Positions 1 through 9,231 of a DNA stretch of 26,080 bases are shown here, piece by piece. This DNA is from a virus (lineage: Duplodnaviria; Caudoviricetes). Below the pieces are notes generated by a model. That model was given only the letters and a program-made list of their open reading frames with translations, ran no database searches and was not told where the DNA came from. Position 1 is the first letter of the stretch. Every line of letters begins with the position of its first letter. The DNA is taken from positions 1-26,080 of IMG/VR virus record IMGVR_UViG_3300005764_000075, one strand, 5' to 3'. Made by a program: the position numbers and the translations under genes.

Positions 1-752
1 CCATTTATTTGCAGTTGTGGAGAATTGTTTATCGTTGTCGGACCAAGTTCAAGGGTGGCTCCACTTGGAATTGTGAGAGTCGCGCCCTGCGCCCAAATGA
101 GAGCATTTTGATCGCCAGCGCGCGGGGAAATTCCCGCCGTAACGCGGAATCCATCAATGCTGTAATTCGCCCCGCTTAGCAGGAGCATGGTGGTGCCAAG
201 CGGACAACCAATGACACAGGATGCAGGGCTGGCGCTGTTGCCGACCAGCGCAATGGTGCCAGAGCCGTTCTGCGGGTAGCCTCCGATGGTCGATGAAGTA
301 TAAGTGCCGTCAGCGCATTTGATCGTATAATTAAACCCGCCAAGATTATATTTCAGCGCTTCGGTAATGCCGCGCTGAATGGTAGCGAACGGCCCATGCG
401 TGCCGCTGACGGTAGCAGACGTGCCATCATAAGCCGTGTCTGACCCAAGCGTGGCGTTGATGTAAGAAGTCGTATTGGCCTTGAGCAGAGGAAACGGCTG
501 TTGCGACCGAATGAATCCCTCAATGGCCTTGCGCAACTGCTGAAGGTCAAGATTGGTTGGCGCGGCGCACAGTGTACCGGTTTGATCCAAGTAGCCATGA
601 TCAAATGCCCACTGGATTACATTGACAATTTCCCGCTGCGGAAATTCGATGGCCTCTGCTGGCGGAATTGATCCATCGGTGCCGGTGGCCGGATTGCCGT
701 TGTTGTACGGCGCGTTCGGGTCGGTCTGATCGAATGGCTTATTATACTGCAC
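1..752 (-). CDS. Tail fibre protein, N-terminal part (runs off the window edge)
   Basis: Not in the ORF track; translated by hand. GTG at 752 follows AAGGAG and reads MQYNKPFDQTDPNAPYNNGNPATGTDGSIPPAEAIEFPQREIVNVI..., an N-terminus typical of fibres following gp48 in Mu-like tails. Later TFYINATLGSD...PFATIQRGI...TIKCADGTY resembles the start of a beta-helix domain. Confidence 0.8.
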   Translation of the reverse strand, partial: MQYNKPFDQTDPNAPYNNGNPATGTDGSIPPAEAIEFPQREIVNVIQWAFDHGYLDQTGTLCAAPTNLDLQQLRKAIEGFIRSQQPFPLLKANTTSYINATLGSDTAYDGTSATVSGTHGPFATIQRGITEALKYNLGGFNYTIKCADGTYTSSTIGGYPQNGSGTIALVGNSASPASCVIGCPLGTTMLLLSGANYSIDGFRVTAGISPRAGDQNALIWAQGATLTIPSGATLELGPTTINNSPQLQIN

Positions 753-765
753 GGTTCAACTCCTT

Positions 766-2454
766 TTAGAGTCCGTACTTCAAACGGAAGTATTGATCGA
801 GGTTGTTCTGATCGGCCCCTGACAACAAGCCGCCAATAATAACTATTTCGGAGATCGGTCCGTGCCAGAAGCGCCACGGCTGATTGCCCTGATAGCCTGC
901 TCCAACTGTCAGATAGGCGTTCTGTGCAAACGGAGCCGTACTGGTTATTTGTGCTGATCCAACGACATTATTGACGTAGCTGACGCCAATGCCGTTACCG
1001 ACTGCCATGCCAAGACGCATCGGAGTGCCATAGGCTGGCGCGCTCTTGGAACCGAGTTCGGCAAGATTGCGATAAACACGCACAGTTTGATTTGTTGATT
1101 CGCGGCCAAAGGCCAGCGACACCACGTTGTCGTAGTCATTGATCTGAGTTGTTCCACTAAACGAAGCCAATCCAGCATCAGATTCACTTGCCGAATTCAT
1201 AATTGCGACGGCAAAAATGGACAGCGCCCCCGGCGTTCCGCTGAGACCTAAAAATGCGGACATGCCGCTGCTTGAACTGAAGTCAACAGTAGGTTTCCCG
1301 TTCAAGCCAGCAGAACGATATATCGGGCTTGATCCGCCGCCTACAAAAGTCGGATGCAAGTGCATCGCGTTGGGACTACTGTCATGCCACACGTTGATGG
1401 CATCACCATCAGCCGGTAACTGATTGGCGCTGTTCAGCAGACCTTCCGGGCGATACCAGAGTACAGCGTTGCCCCAAACAGCCGGTGTCCAACCGATCAC
1501 CGTCGGTGCGGTCGTGCTGAGCGCCAAATCGCGCCTTGTCGGACTCCTGAAGATGGCCGGTACGCCGACACGGAGGAATGGCGCGGTTGTGCTCAACACG
1601 GCATTAGCTTGCGCAATGCTGAATTTACCTAGTGACGCACGTTGCGGACTTGTCGTTGACAGCGCCAAATTAGCCGAGTTTGGCGATATCTTCTTTGGAT
1701 CGCGCGAGTAGACCTTGACTGGAGCAACTGGACTGAGAGTTAGCTGCGCCGCTGGCGGACTGATTTTGATATGCAGGTGTGAATAGTCGAACAGCGCGAT
1801 GGTATGCGCCGGTTTGCTACGATTGATGATGCACTCCAGATCGGTCGCCTTGCCATTGCGCAACAGCGGATCGATGCCGCATTGTCCCGCCGCACAGTGG
1901 AAATAAAATTCAGCGAGCTTGCCGACATCGATGGTCCAGAAAAACCGCATTTCCGGCGGCCCGAGATACCAGCGGTAACGGCTCGGCGCATCCTTGTTGT
2001 AGCCCTTGGTGTAGCCGACATGCGACACGCCGATCTGGAACGGCGAATATTCGGTGATGTTGATGTCGTAGCCGATATCTTTCGCCAGCCCGATGAAATA
2101 TTGCCTGCTCTGCGCGCCGATGGTGGTGATGCGCCGAAGCAAAGCCGCGCGTCGTGCCGTGATGCCTTGCGGTTCATTGACGCACAGATCTGGCAGGCCG
2201 TAAGCGCGCTCCCAATCGTCCAACATCTCCAGCGTGGCGCGCGGATCGGATTCGCGCTCCAAGAGATCGCCTGCCCGGCCATCGACGAAGCCCCAGACAT
2301 TGGCCAGCCCGCTCACTGTGTGCATCAGCAGCGATGCGGCATCGCGCGGCCACGCTATTCCGGTCGGCAGCAATGCCGAAAGCGCCGTGGCATAGTCGCT
2401 GCCAGAACGGCGGACGTGTCGGTCGACAGCGTGCGGAATTTCGGCGCTAGACAT
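766..2454 (-). CDS. Baseplate wedge protein, Mu gp48/YmfQ (DUF2313)-like, with repeat linker and C-terminal LamG/ConA-like domain
   Basis: N-terminal LLPTGIAWP...LLERESDPRATLEMLDDWERAYGLPD...LECIINRSKPAHT is the YmfQ pattern, and the gene follows baseplate J. ATG 2454 overlaps the upstream stop. C-terminal WYRPEGL..DGDAINVWHDSS..GLNGKPTVDF..GPISEIVI..YFRLKYGL is LamG-like. Confidence 0.8.
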   Translation of the reverse strand: MSSAEIPHAVDRHVRRSGSDYATALSALLPTGIAWPRDAASLLMHTVSGLANVWGFVDGRAGDLLERESDPRATLEMLDDWERAYGLPDLCVNEPQGITARRAALLRRITTIGAQSRQYFIGLAKDIGYDINITEYSPFQIGVSHVGYTKGYNKDAPSRYRWYLGPPEMRFFWTIDVGKLAEFYFHCAAGQCGIDPLLRNGKATDLECIINRSKPAHTIALFDYSHLHIKISPPAAQLTLSPVAPVKVYSRDPKKISPNSANLALSTTSPQRASLGKFSIAQANAVLSTTAPFLRVGVPAIFRSPTRRDLALSTTAPTVIGWTPAVWGNAVLWYRPEGLLNSANQLPADGDAINVWHDSSPNAMHLHPTFVGGGSSPIYRSAGLNGKPTVDFSSSSGMSAFLGLSGTPGALSIFAVAIMNSASESDAGLASFSGTTQINDYDNVVSLAFGRESTNQTVRVYRNLAELGSKSAPAYGTPMRLGMAVGNGIGVSYVNNVVGSAQITSTAPFAQNAYLTVGAGYQGNQPWRFWHGPISEIVIIGGLLSGADQNNLDQYFRLKYGL

Positions 2455-3541
2455 AGGTGATGGTGCCCAGCACGCCGATGTTGCCATTATTCGGCATCAC
2501 ATGGTCAGTCATGATCAACGTGAATGAGACCACGCCGGGAGCCTGAATGATGGCGTCAGACACCCATGCCGCGTAGATCGTTTGCGCCGGATAGAGCACA
2601 CCATCGACCGAATAGGATGGTCGCGCCTTGACGCGCAGCATATCGCTGACCGACTGGCTGATCGCCGCCTTCACCGTCGAGGTGTTCGGATTGAGAGCCT
2701 GAATCGTGAAGCTGACAGGTTCTGGAATTGGCGCTTCGATAAATCGGTCCTTGACGCAAACCGGCCGCACCGTGTCGAGATAAGACGTGACAGCGGCAAT
2801 ATCGCCAGCCAGCGGAATTCCGTCGGCGCGCAGATCATCCATCATGAAGCGGATGGTCACCGTGCCCATGCCCATTTCGTTGGGCGCGACCCATACGCGC
2901 GTCACGCCGTCGACGCGCAAGGTCCAATTGACATAGTCTTCGGCGCTGCCGCCCATCGGCGGATTACGAATGCGTTCCAGCACGCGCGCGCGCAATTCCG
3001 CATCGGTTTCCTGATCGGTGCCGCCGGTCATGCTATCGACGGTGCCCGCGCTGTCGACACCCGCGATAGGTGCAGCAAAGGCAATGTCGGTGCCGGGATC
3101 GAGATTGCCTGCCGATCCTGCATCGAGCGCGCGCACATGCCCGGTCGTCGTACCGAGACCAAGGATAAGCTCGTCGACCACTTCGTAGTTGACGCCTTCC
3201 GAGGTGAGTTCCGCGCCTGCTGGAATGATGCTTCCGGCCAGCCCGGAGAATTCCACGGCACCATCGGCATAGGATGGCGATTTCCGGCCAACGCTGCCGT
3301 CGGCATTGGTCAGCCAGATGTCGCCATGCCGGTCGAGCCATTCGGTGCTGGCGGTGTCGGGCAGCAATTGCAGCGCCAGCCAGTCGAGATAACGCAGCGT
3401 CAGATGCGCCAGCCCAGCCATGGCATCGGCCATGACGCGCAACACAGAGTTGGCGATCATGATCGATCCGGCGACAGCGGCCTTGCAATCGTTTCTCACC
3501 ATCTCGCGGACGGCGCGAAGCGTCGGGGTCGTCCATGCCAT
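2447..3541 (-). CDS. Baseplate J-like protein (Mu gp47)
   Basis: LLPDTASTEWLDRHG, GGTDQETDAELRARVLERIRNPPMGGSAEDYVNW and GTVTIRFMMD motifs; 364 aa; synteny. Confidence 0.92.
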   Translation of the reverse strand: MAWTTPTLRAVREMVRNDCKAAVAGSIMIANSVLRVMADAMAGLAHLTLRYLDWLALQLLPDTASTEWLDRHGDIWLTNADGSVGRKSPSYADGAVEFSGLAGSIIPAGAELTSEGVNYEVVDELILGLGTTTGHVRALDAGSAGNLDPGTDIAFAAPIAGVDSAGTVDSMTGGTDQETDAELRARVLERIRNPPMGGSAEDYVNWTLRVDGVTRVWVAPNEMGMGTVTIRFMMDDLRADGIPLAGDIAAVTSYLDTVRPVCVKDRFIEAPIPEPVSFTIQALNPNTSTVKAAISQSVSDMLRVKARPSYSVDGVLYPAQTIYAAWVSDAIIQAPGVVSFTLIMTDHVMPNNGNIGVLGTITYV

Positions 3542-3542
3542 G

Positions 3543-4325
3543 TTAGGCGCTCAAACCTCTGAGGTCTCGCGGACAAAAGGCTGGGTGAACAATCGCGTTC
3601 TCGTCGACAACTTCCTGCGCCCGCGTTGTGTCTTGATAAACCAGATACGCCACTTTGTAGACCGGGAATGTCAGCGGCATCGGAATGCGAATCATGCGCG
3701 GCAGCGGCCGTGATGTGTTGTCGAGAAATTCCATCAACGAGGCATACAGGCTGACGATCTCCTGATAGGTCTGCGAATCCATCGCATCGGCTGCCATCTC
3801 GCGCGCCTGATCGAAAAAACTTTTCATGCTCTTGATGGCTTGGTCAACTTCGTCGCGCGATTTGAATATCGTCGTCGTCCACATCCGGCTCTGCGTGGTC
3901 AGGTTGAAGACGATGGCCAATTGCAGAATGCTGATCGAGATGTGGCTGTTGAGCGGCGGATTGGCGAACAGCTTCTCCAGCATGATGCCCATGCTGAGAA
4001 TGGATGCTCCAGCTTGGCGGATGGTCGTGTAGCAAGCGAGCAATTCTGTCGCAAATGTGCCAGCGCTGAGCATGGTCAGATAAAAGGCGCGCACATCGCC
4101 GATCTGCCGTCGGGCCGCGCCGCCAGCTTCACCGGCCAGCGACGACACCGTCTGCGCCAAGCCATCGAGAATTCCATTGACCACGGCCTTGACCTCGTCG
4201 GCCTCGGTCAACTGGATAAAGGCTGGCGTCGGTGCAAGACGAAATGGAAAACCGATGGTGATGCGCGGCTGCGTCGTTGACAGCAGGGCATCGCGGTGCG
4301 TGGGGGAAATAATTATGTTTGCCAT
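3543..4325 (-). CDS. Protein resembling the C-terminal half of the Mu DNA-circulation protein (gp43/N)
   Basis: C-terminal LPRMIRI...PVYKVAYLVYQDTTRAQEVVDENAIVHPAFCP matches the LysM-like end of Mu N-like proteins; adjacent to the DNA_circ_N gene. Confidence 0.7.
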   Translation of the reverse strand: MANIIISPTHRDALLSTTQPRITIGFPFRLAPTPAFIQLTEADEVKAVVNGILDGLAQTVSSLAGEAGGAARRQIGDVRAFYLTMLSAGTFATELLACYTTIRQAGASILSMGIMLEKLFANPPLNSHISISILQLAIVFNLTTQSRMWTTTIFKSRDEVDQAIKSMKSFFDQAREMAADAMDSQTYQEIVSLYASLMEFLDNTSRPLPRMIRIPMPLTFPVYKVAYLVYQDTTRAQEVVDENAIVHPAFCPRDLRGLSA

Positions 4326-4329
4326 CTAC

Positions 4330-4881
4330 CTAAAGCTGTCCGGTTGGGCTGAATTTCTCTGATCCGGGGAGAACATTGAAGTTATCGACCGCAGACTTTT
4401 CCGTGCTCGTCGCACCATCCGTAACGGCCGCTGTTGTGTCCTTGATTGCCACGAGATTGCCCGGCTGACCAAGCTCGACGAATTGCATGTCGAATTCGGT
4501 GAAGCCGCCACGCTGGCGATTCTCGACCATTGAATAGCGTTCGCACATGCATTGCAGCGCCTTACCGAATGTAAACACCGGGTGGATCAATGCGCCGGGG
4601 CCGTCCGCGTCAAGCGCCCTCACAAGAAGTTCGCGCTGCTGCGTATAGACGTAAAACGGATTACCGGGCCGATAGACCAGATAGCCGGAAAAATGAAAGC
4701 GCTGCGCCTGCTGGCCCATGTCTTCGGCATAAGGCTGATCCTTCTTCGGATATTCATGCACCACCGTGCGTCGCCCGCTCAGCTTAGCCCCGGTCTCGAC
4801 ATTGAAGATGACACCACGCCACGAAGCTGGCGTCTTCAGTAGCTTGCGCCATGGATTCTGGATATCGGTGATGGCAGCCAT
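4330..4881 (-). CDS. DNA circularisation protein N-terminal domain (Mu gp43/N-like)
   Basis: ASWRGVIFNV...GRRTVVHEYPKKDQPYAEDMG...LDADGPGALIHP...FDMQFVE signature. Confidence 0.9.
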   Translation of the reverse strand: MAAITDIQNPWRKLLKTPASWRGVIFNVETGAKLSGRRTVVHEYPKKDQPYAEDMGQQAQRFHFSGYLVYRPGNPFYVYTQQRELLVRALDADGPGALIHPVFTFGKALQCMCERYSMVENRQRGGFTEFDMQFVELGQPGNLVAIKDTTAAVTDGATSTEKSAVDNFNVLPGSEKFSPTGQL

Positions 4882-4884
4882 GCC

Positions 4885-5880
4885 TCACCTGTTTTCCAGC
4901 ATGGCGATGCGCGCTTCCAGTTGCGCGACTTTCTGCTCAAGCATGAGCATCATATCCGGCGGAGATGGCACGGTGCCTTTAACAAACACTTTATTCGTCA
5001 GTATCTCACCGCCAGAATTTGCCATAACAGGATCAGTTGCTCCGGTTTCGAGGTTATGCTGGGACGAAACCTGATCATCCATGAACGGCGTCGTGCTCAC
5101 CATCTTTTCGCTAAAGTTCATGGTGTTGACGTTGCCTTCCATGTGCCACGTCTTGCTCGACGCCTCGAAATAGCCGACCACGCTATCGCCAGCGCGAAAC
5201 TCGATGCGATCCTTGGTGCATCGTACTTCGGTGTTGACCGATTTGCCTTCATGCGGATAGCGCTGCTGCTGTTGTTGCTGGTCTGTGGTTACGGCTGCTG
5301 CCGATCCACCTTGCTGCTGTGCCTGCTGGATTTTGTGCGTCTGCATGTCCTTGTTGACGTGGCGCAGCGAGGCCATGCGCGTCTTGTTTTCCTTGCTGCC
5401 ATGCGCTGGACCATCAAGCGAAACGACGTAGTAGCCATTTTCGTTGACATAGGACATCTGCTCCGAGCCATCCGGCGCGTAGTGCGCGCCTTCGCCCGCC
5501 TTCATGCCGTAGGGCCGCACGCGCCGGTCATCGACCATGGCCACGGGATGCGAGCGCGAACCTCCGACATAAACCATCAGCGCTTCGGCAGAATCGCCCT
5601 TGGGCTGGTTGTGATTGAAATCGGCGTTGCTGTTGTTTTCTGCCGTCTTTTGTTGCTGCTTCTGTTGCTGCTGCTGCTGATCCTCGTCCTGCTTCAGCGG
5701 CACGGCGGTCAGGCCGACCATCTGCCACCGCTCAAAATTGCTAGGTGTCTCGGAATGAAACACGTCAGCGTATTTGATTTCCTGCATCAGATGTTCGTCA
5801 TCGAACTCGCGTACGCTGGCACGCGCCGTTGACATCGATGCCATGCGGCCAATTTGGGTTGGAGAGTTGCGATAGGACAT
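4885..5880 (-). CDS. Baseplate spike, Mu gp45-like
   Basis: Likely start MSYRNSP at 5880 (TAATG overlap with the gp44 stop). ERWQMVGLTAVP, VGGSRSHPVAMVDDRRVRPYGMKAGE match gp45. Confidence 0.82.
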   Translation of the reverse strand: MSYRNSPTQIGRMASMSTARASVREFDDEHLMQEIKYADVFHSETPSNFERWQMVGLTAVPLKQDEDQQQQQQKQQQKTAENNSNADFNHNQPKGDSAEALMVYVGGSRSHPVAMVDDRRVRPYGMKAGEGAHYAPDGSEQMSYVNENGYYVVSLDGPAHGSKENKTRMASLRHVNKDMQTHKIQQAQQQGGSAAAVTTDQQQQQQRYPHEGKSVNTEVRCTKDRIEFRAGDSVVGYFEASSKTWHMEGNVNTMNFSEKMVSTTPFMDDQVSSQHNLETGATDPVMANSGGEILTNKVFVKGTVPSPPDMMLMLEQKVAQLEARIAMLENR

Positions 5881-6980
5881 TAGCCCTCCGAAGTTGAGCC
5901 CGGCGATCCGCGCGGGATCAAGCCTTGCAACGCTGCCGGGTTGCACAATTCCAAAATTGTCCGCGTCCCGACGCTGTTATCCTGCACGAACGTGACTGAG
6001 CGTGAGGTCAATGGCAGCGAGCCGTCCATGATCAGCATCGGCGAATTGACAAAGTAGGTCTCATTCTCTTTCCACAGACTCCCGTCGGCCTTGGTCCAGC
6101 CGTAGACCGTGACGAAGACCGTAACCTGATCGCGTTGCTGCCAGCCGAACTCGGTGTTTACGCGCCCTTGCGGAATTGCATTCGACCAAGAAGGAATTTC
6201 CGCCGGATGCACTTGCGGCAGAAACAGTTGACCAAGCGATTCAATGCCCTCTTTGGAAAAGAAGGGCATGTGCGACACTTTCGGGCCGTATTGCTGATCG
6301 TTGCCCGTTCGTTGCCCAACGCCGTAAAGAGCCTGCGCCATGTCCGGGTTGTAGATGATCTCACGACCCTCGATGATATCCTTGCCTTCGGTAAAGGTAT
6401 TTCCACCTCCAGTCGGCCCCATCGCCGCGACCAGATTTCCCTTTACGTTGCTGGTAAAATCAATTCCGAGAGGTCGCGCATGTATATCCAGAACATCCAT
6501 GATGCTTGTACCCGGCACAATGGACACCCGATCAAATTTGTGCGTCGGCAACATGCCGCCGACAACTTCAAGCGCAACTCTCGTCGGCGAAAGCAACGCG
6601 CGCGCCAGTTGACCGAAATCCACATTCTTGAATTCGTGTGTTTGTGTCACGGCGGCGGCCGTCGTCAGCGACATCACGTTGCTCGCGCCCTGTATCTCGA
6701 TGTAGTGGCGCGTCGCGTTGTAAAAAACCTGTCGTGAAAAAACCAATCCGCCAAACGCGGGCTGACCTGCCAGAGTAATTTGACATTCATCGCCGGGCAC
6801 GATCTGCATTTTCGACCAGCCAACTGCGCCACTGCCCATCGGCGTCGGCTCGGAACAGGTCATGCGAAAAGTGAAAAACGGCGGCTGCTGAAAAACGTGT
6901 TTGACTTCTACGGATTCCCAGTCAGTGAAATTCCGTCCCTTGACGTTGAGAACGGCAATCTCGGCTGGCTTGAACGGCAT
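5880..6980 (-). CDS. Baseplate hub, Mu gp44/P-like
   Basis: VLNVKGRNFTDWESVEV start, PGDECQITLAG, VTVYGW...LWKEN and GTRTILEL end; 366 aa; follows the tape measure gene. Confidence 0.85.
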   Translation of the reverse strand: MPFKPAEIAVLNVKGRNFTDWESVEVKHVFQQPPFFTFRMTCSEPTPMGSGAVGWSKMQIVPGDECQITLAGQPAFGGLVFSRQVFYNATRHYIEIQGASNVMSLTTAAAVTQTHEFKNVDFGQLARALLSPTRVALEVVGGMLPTHKFDRVSIVPGTSIMDVLDIHARPLGIDFTSNVKGNLVAAMGPTGGGNTFTEGKDIIEGREIIYNPDMAQALYGVGQRTGNDQQYGPKVSHMPFFSKEGIESLGQLFLPQVHPAEIPSWSNAIPQGRVNTEFGWQQRDQVTVFVTVYGWTKADGSLWKENETYFVNSPMLIMDGSLPLTSRSVTFVQDNSVGTRTILELCNPAALQGLIPRGSPGSTSEG

Positions 6981-6983
6981 TTA

Positions 6984-9056
6984 TCAACCGTAGGCCCATG
7001 TGTTGAAGCTGTCGGCCACGGTGCCATCCTTGGCGGCAATCGGATATGAACGCGCTACTTTCAGTTCCTTGAAGATGCCGTCCGCGTCAGCCGTGGCACT
7101 GACACCGCGCGGCATGTTCTTGAAGTCAACCGCGATCTTGGCCGTGCCGAGATCGGAATCACCGTCCCAGCCGCCGCGCATCGATTGCTTGTCGATGGTT
7201 TCGCGCTGCTGGCGGCGCTGCATTTCATCGGTCGTAAGGTTGTCCCGGCCTTGCGCGCCTTCACGAACCCTGCGCTGCTGTTCCTCGCGGAATCGTCTGG
7301 CCCCTTCATGTCCGCCCGGTCCGCCGCCCCAATCATTGTAAACTTCGCCAAACCGTTTGATGCGCCCGCCGGACCAGCCGACGTTCGGATCGGCCCCGCT
7401 GCCCTGATCGGTCGCGCCTTTAAGCAGGTTGCTCCCGGCCAACGCGGCATCAATCGCGGCCATGAGGCGCGCCATGCGTTTTGGATCGCGCTCCAGTTGG
7501 CGCACGCGGCCGGGGAGAAAATTAGGATTGCGCAGCGGTCCATAAAACGCCTTGGTGAGACGTGCCGCGACTGAGCTTTTTGTATATTCAGCACGATTGA
7601 GCGCGCTTTCTGCCACCGCAACCGGATCACTCTCATGCTCGGCGCTGATGATTGCCGCGAATTGCTTTTTCAATTCCGGGTCGGCGTTCAATTCATCAGC
7701 CATGCGCTGACGACGTGCTTTCAGATATTCTGATCCAGCCAAACCCGCGCCAGACTCGTCATCTGCTTTCCCGCCTTCTGGCACCAGCGGCCCCGGCTCT
7801 CCGCCCGGTCCGGCACCACGACCGCCGCCAAGACCGCGACGGAAGCCGCCCAGCGTTGCCTGCAATGCACCGGTTGCGGTACGCGCACCGGTTTGCCCAC
7901 CCATTCTGCTCGGATCGACGAGATCGCGAATCTCTTTCAATACGCGGTTGCTATCTTCCTCGGTCTTGAGCAGTTCATTATCGTTGCGGCCTTGAAACAT
8001 CATCGGCCGCGCGCCACGCGGCAATCTGTCGTCATCAGTCGGCTGGAATCGTCCGCCGGGCAAAATTGGCGTGCGGCCGATGTCAGGTGCATTTTCCATC
8101 GGCAATGGCGGCAAGCCCATCTGCTGCCGTATACGCGGATTGGTGATCTCTGGCGCAATCGGTGTACCCTTCTCGTGCGGCACCCCCTGTATGCCAAACA
8201 GATCGCGAAATGTCTGACCGAGCGTCCTTTCCCCTCGCTCTAGTTTCTTATAAAGCCCAAGCACTTCGTCGACACCAATCCTTGTCGCATTGACAATGTT
8301 CGTCCAGTTTTGATTGACCTGCCGCACGAAGTCTTCAGTGTTTTTCAGATTGAGATCGATTTCCGCCTTCACGCCCTTATTGAATTTTGCGTATTCCGCC
8401 AGCATCGCTTCATCGATTCCGGTTTGCGAGGTGAACCAGAATTGTGCGTCGCGTGTCCACGTTTCATATTTATGCGTCATCATCTCATGGGCCTGCGCAA
8501 AATCGCCGGTCCTGATGACCTTCAGAAGATTTTGTGCCCATGCGCCCTCGCCCATCTGGTTGAGCGTTCTGATCAATTGGCTGCCGACACCAGTGGCTGA
8601 TGCTTCACGGAAACTTTTGCCGATGCCTGCAATGGCATTCCTAGCCTGCTCGCTGCTGATCCCCATGTTGGCGAGCGTTTGCGTCATGATCGAAATGTTT
8701 TGCGTGGTGAAGCCAACGGACTTGGAAAACAATTCAAGCTGGATGCGCTGCACGGACACATTGTAAAGCGCCTTGCCGAACTGCTCCAAGGCGGCGACCG
8801 ATCCCAGCGGAGCCAGCAAGCCCTTGGCAAAGCCGCTGAAGAAACTGCCGACGACATTGAGTTCTTCGCGAGATTTTTTGATCGTCTCGGTGGCGTTGCC
8901 GACAGATTTGCTGAACTTGTCAACACCGGTTCCCGCGCTGTCGCTCATATCGCGCGCCACGCGCTGCACGTTGCGCATCTCGTCGGCGATCTTGCGCAGT
9001 TCGCTCGATATTGAATCGCGTAGCGCTATTTCGAATTCGGTTCTTTGGTCTGGCAC
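6984..9056 (-). CDS. Tape measure protein with putative cell-wall hydrolase domain
   Basis: 690 aa, helical Ala/Gly-rich, immediately after the chaperone genes; C-terminal IAVDFKNMPRGV is typical of Mu-like tape measures. Confidence 0.8.
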   Translation of the reverse strand: MPDQRTEFEIALRDSISSELRKIADEMRNVQRVARDMSDSAGTGVDKFSKSVGNATETIKKSREELNVVGSFFSGFAKGLLAPLGSVAALEQFGKALYNVSVQRIQLELFSKSVGFTTQNISIMTQTLANMGISSEQARNAIAGIGKSFREASATGVGSQLIRTLNQMGEGAWAQNLLKVIRTGDFAQAHEMMTHKYETWTRDAQFWFTSQTGIDEAMLAEYAKFNKGVKAEIDLNLKNTEDFVRQVNQNWTNIVNATRIGVDEVLGLYKKLERGERTLGQTFRDLFGIQGVPHEKGTPIAPEITNPRIRQQMGLPPLPMENAPDIGRTPILPGGRFQPTDDDRLPRGARPMMFQGRNDNELLKTEEDSNRVLKEIRDLVDPSRMGGQTGARTATGALQATLGGFRRGLGGGRGAGPGGEPGPLVPEGGKADDESGAGLAGSEYLKARRQRMADELNADPELKKQFAAIISAEHESDPVAVAESALNRAEYTKSSVAARLTKAFYGPLRNPNFLPGRVRQLERDPKRMARLMAAIDAALAGSNLLKGATDQGSGADPNVGWSGGRIKRFGEVYNDWGGGPGGHEGARRFREEQQRRVREGAQGRDNLTTDEMQRRQQRETIDKQSMRGGWDGDSDLGTAKIAVDFKNMPRGVSATADADGIFKELKVARSYPIAAKDGTVADSFNTWAYG

Positions 9057-9057
9057 G

Positions 9058-9231
9058 TTATTCCTCTTCCGCCATAGGTCGTTGTGACTCGATCAATTTC
9101 GATGTCCAGTACACGTGGCGTTGAATTTCGGAAAGGGGTTTACGTAGGAACTCTGCCGGATCAACAGAGTAATATTTGGCCATCCGATAGCAATCGAGAA
9201 TGTCTACATCTGACGACCCGGCAGGAAAAAA
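9058..9231 (-). CDS. -1 frameshift extension of the tail assembly chaperone (G-T type)
   Basis: Open -1 frame (..FPAGSSDVDILDCYRMAKYYSVDP..) starts at the slippery heptamer T-TTT-TTC (9225-9231) and ends 1 nt before the tape measure ATG. Confidence 0.7.
   Translation of the reverse strand, partial: FFPAGSSDVDILDCYRMAKYYSVDPAEFLRKPLSEIQRHVYWTSKLIESQRPMAEEE

Noticed and set aside
1-2454. Diversity-generating retroelement or invertible tail-fibre cassette
   Set aside because: No reverse transcriptase, invertase or template/variable repeat pair is visible in this window.
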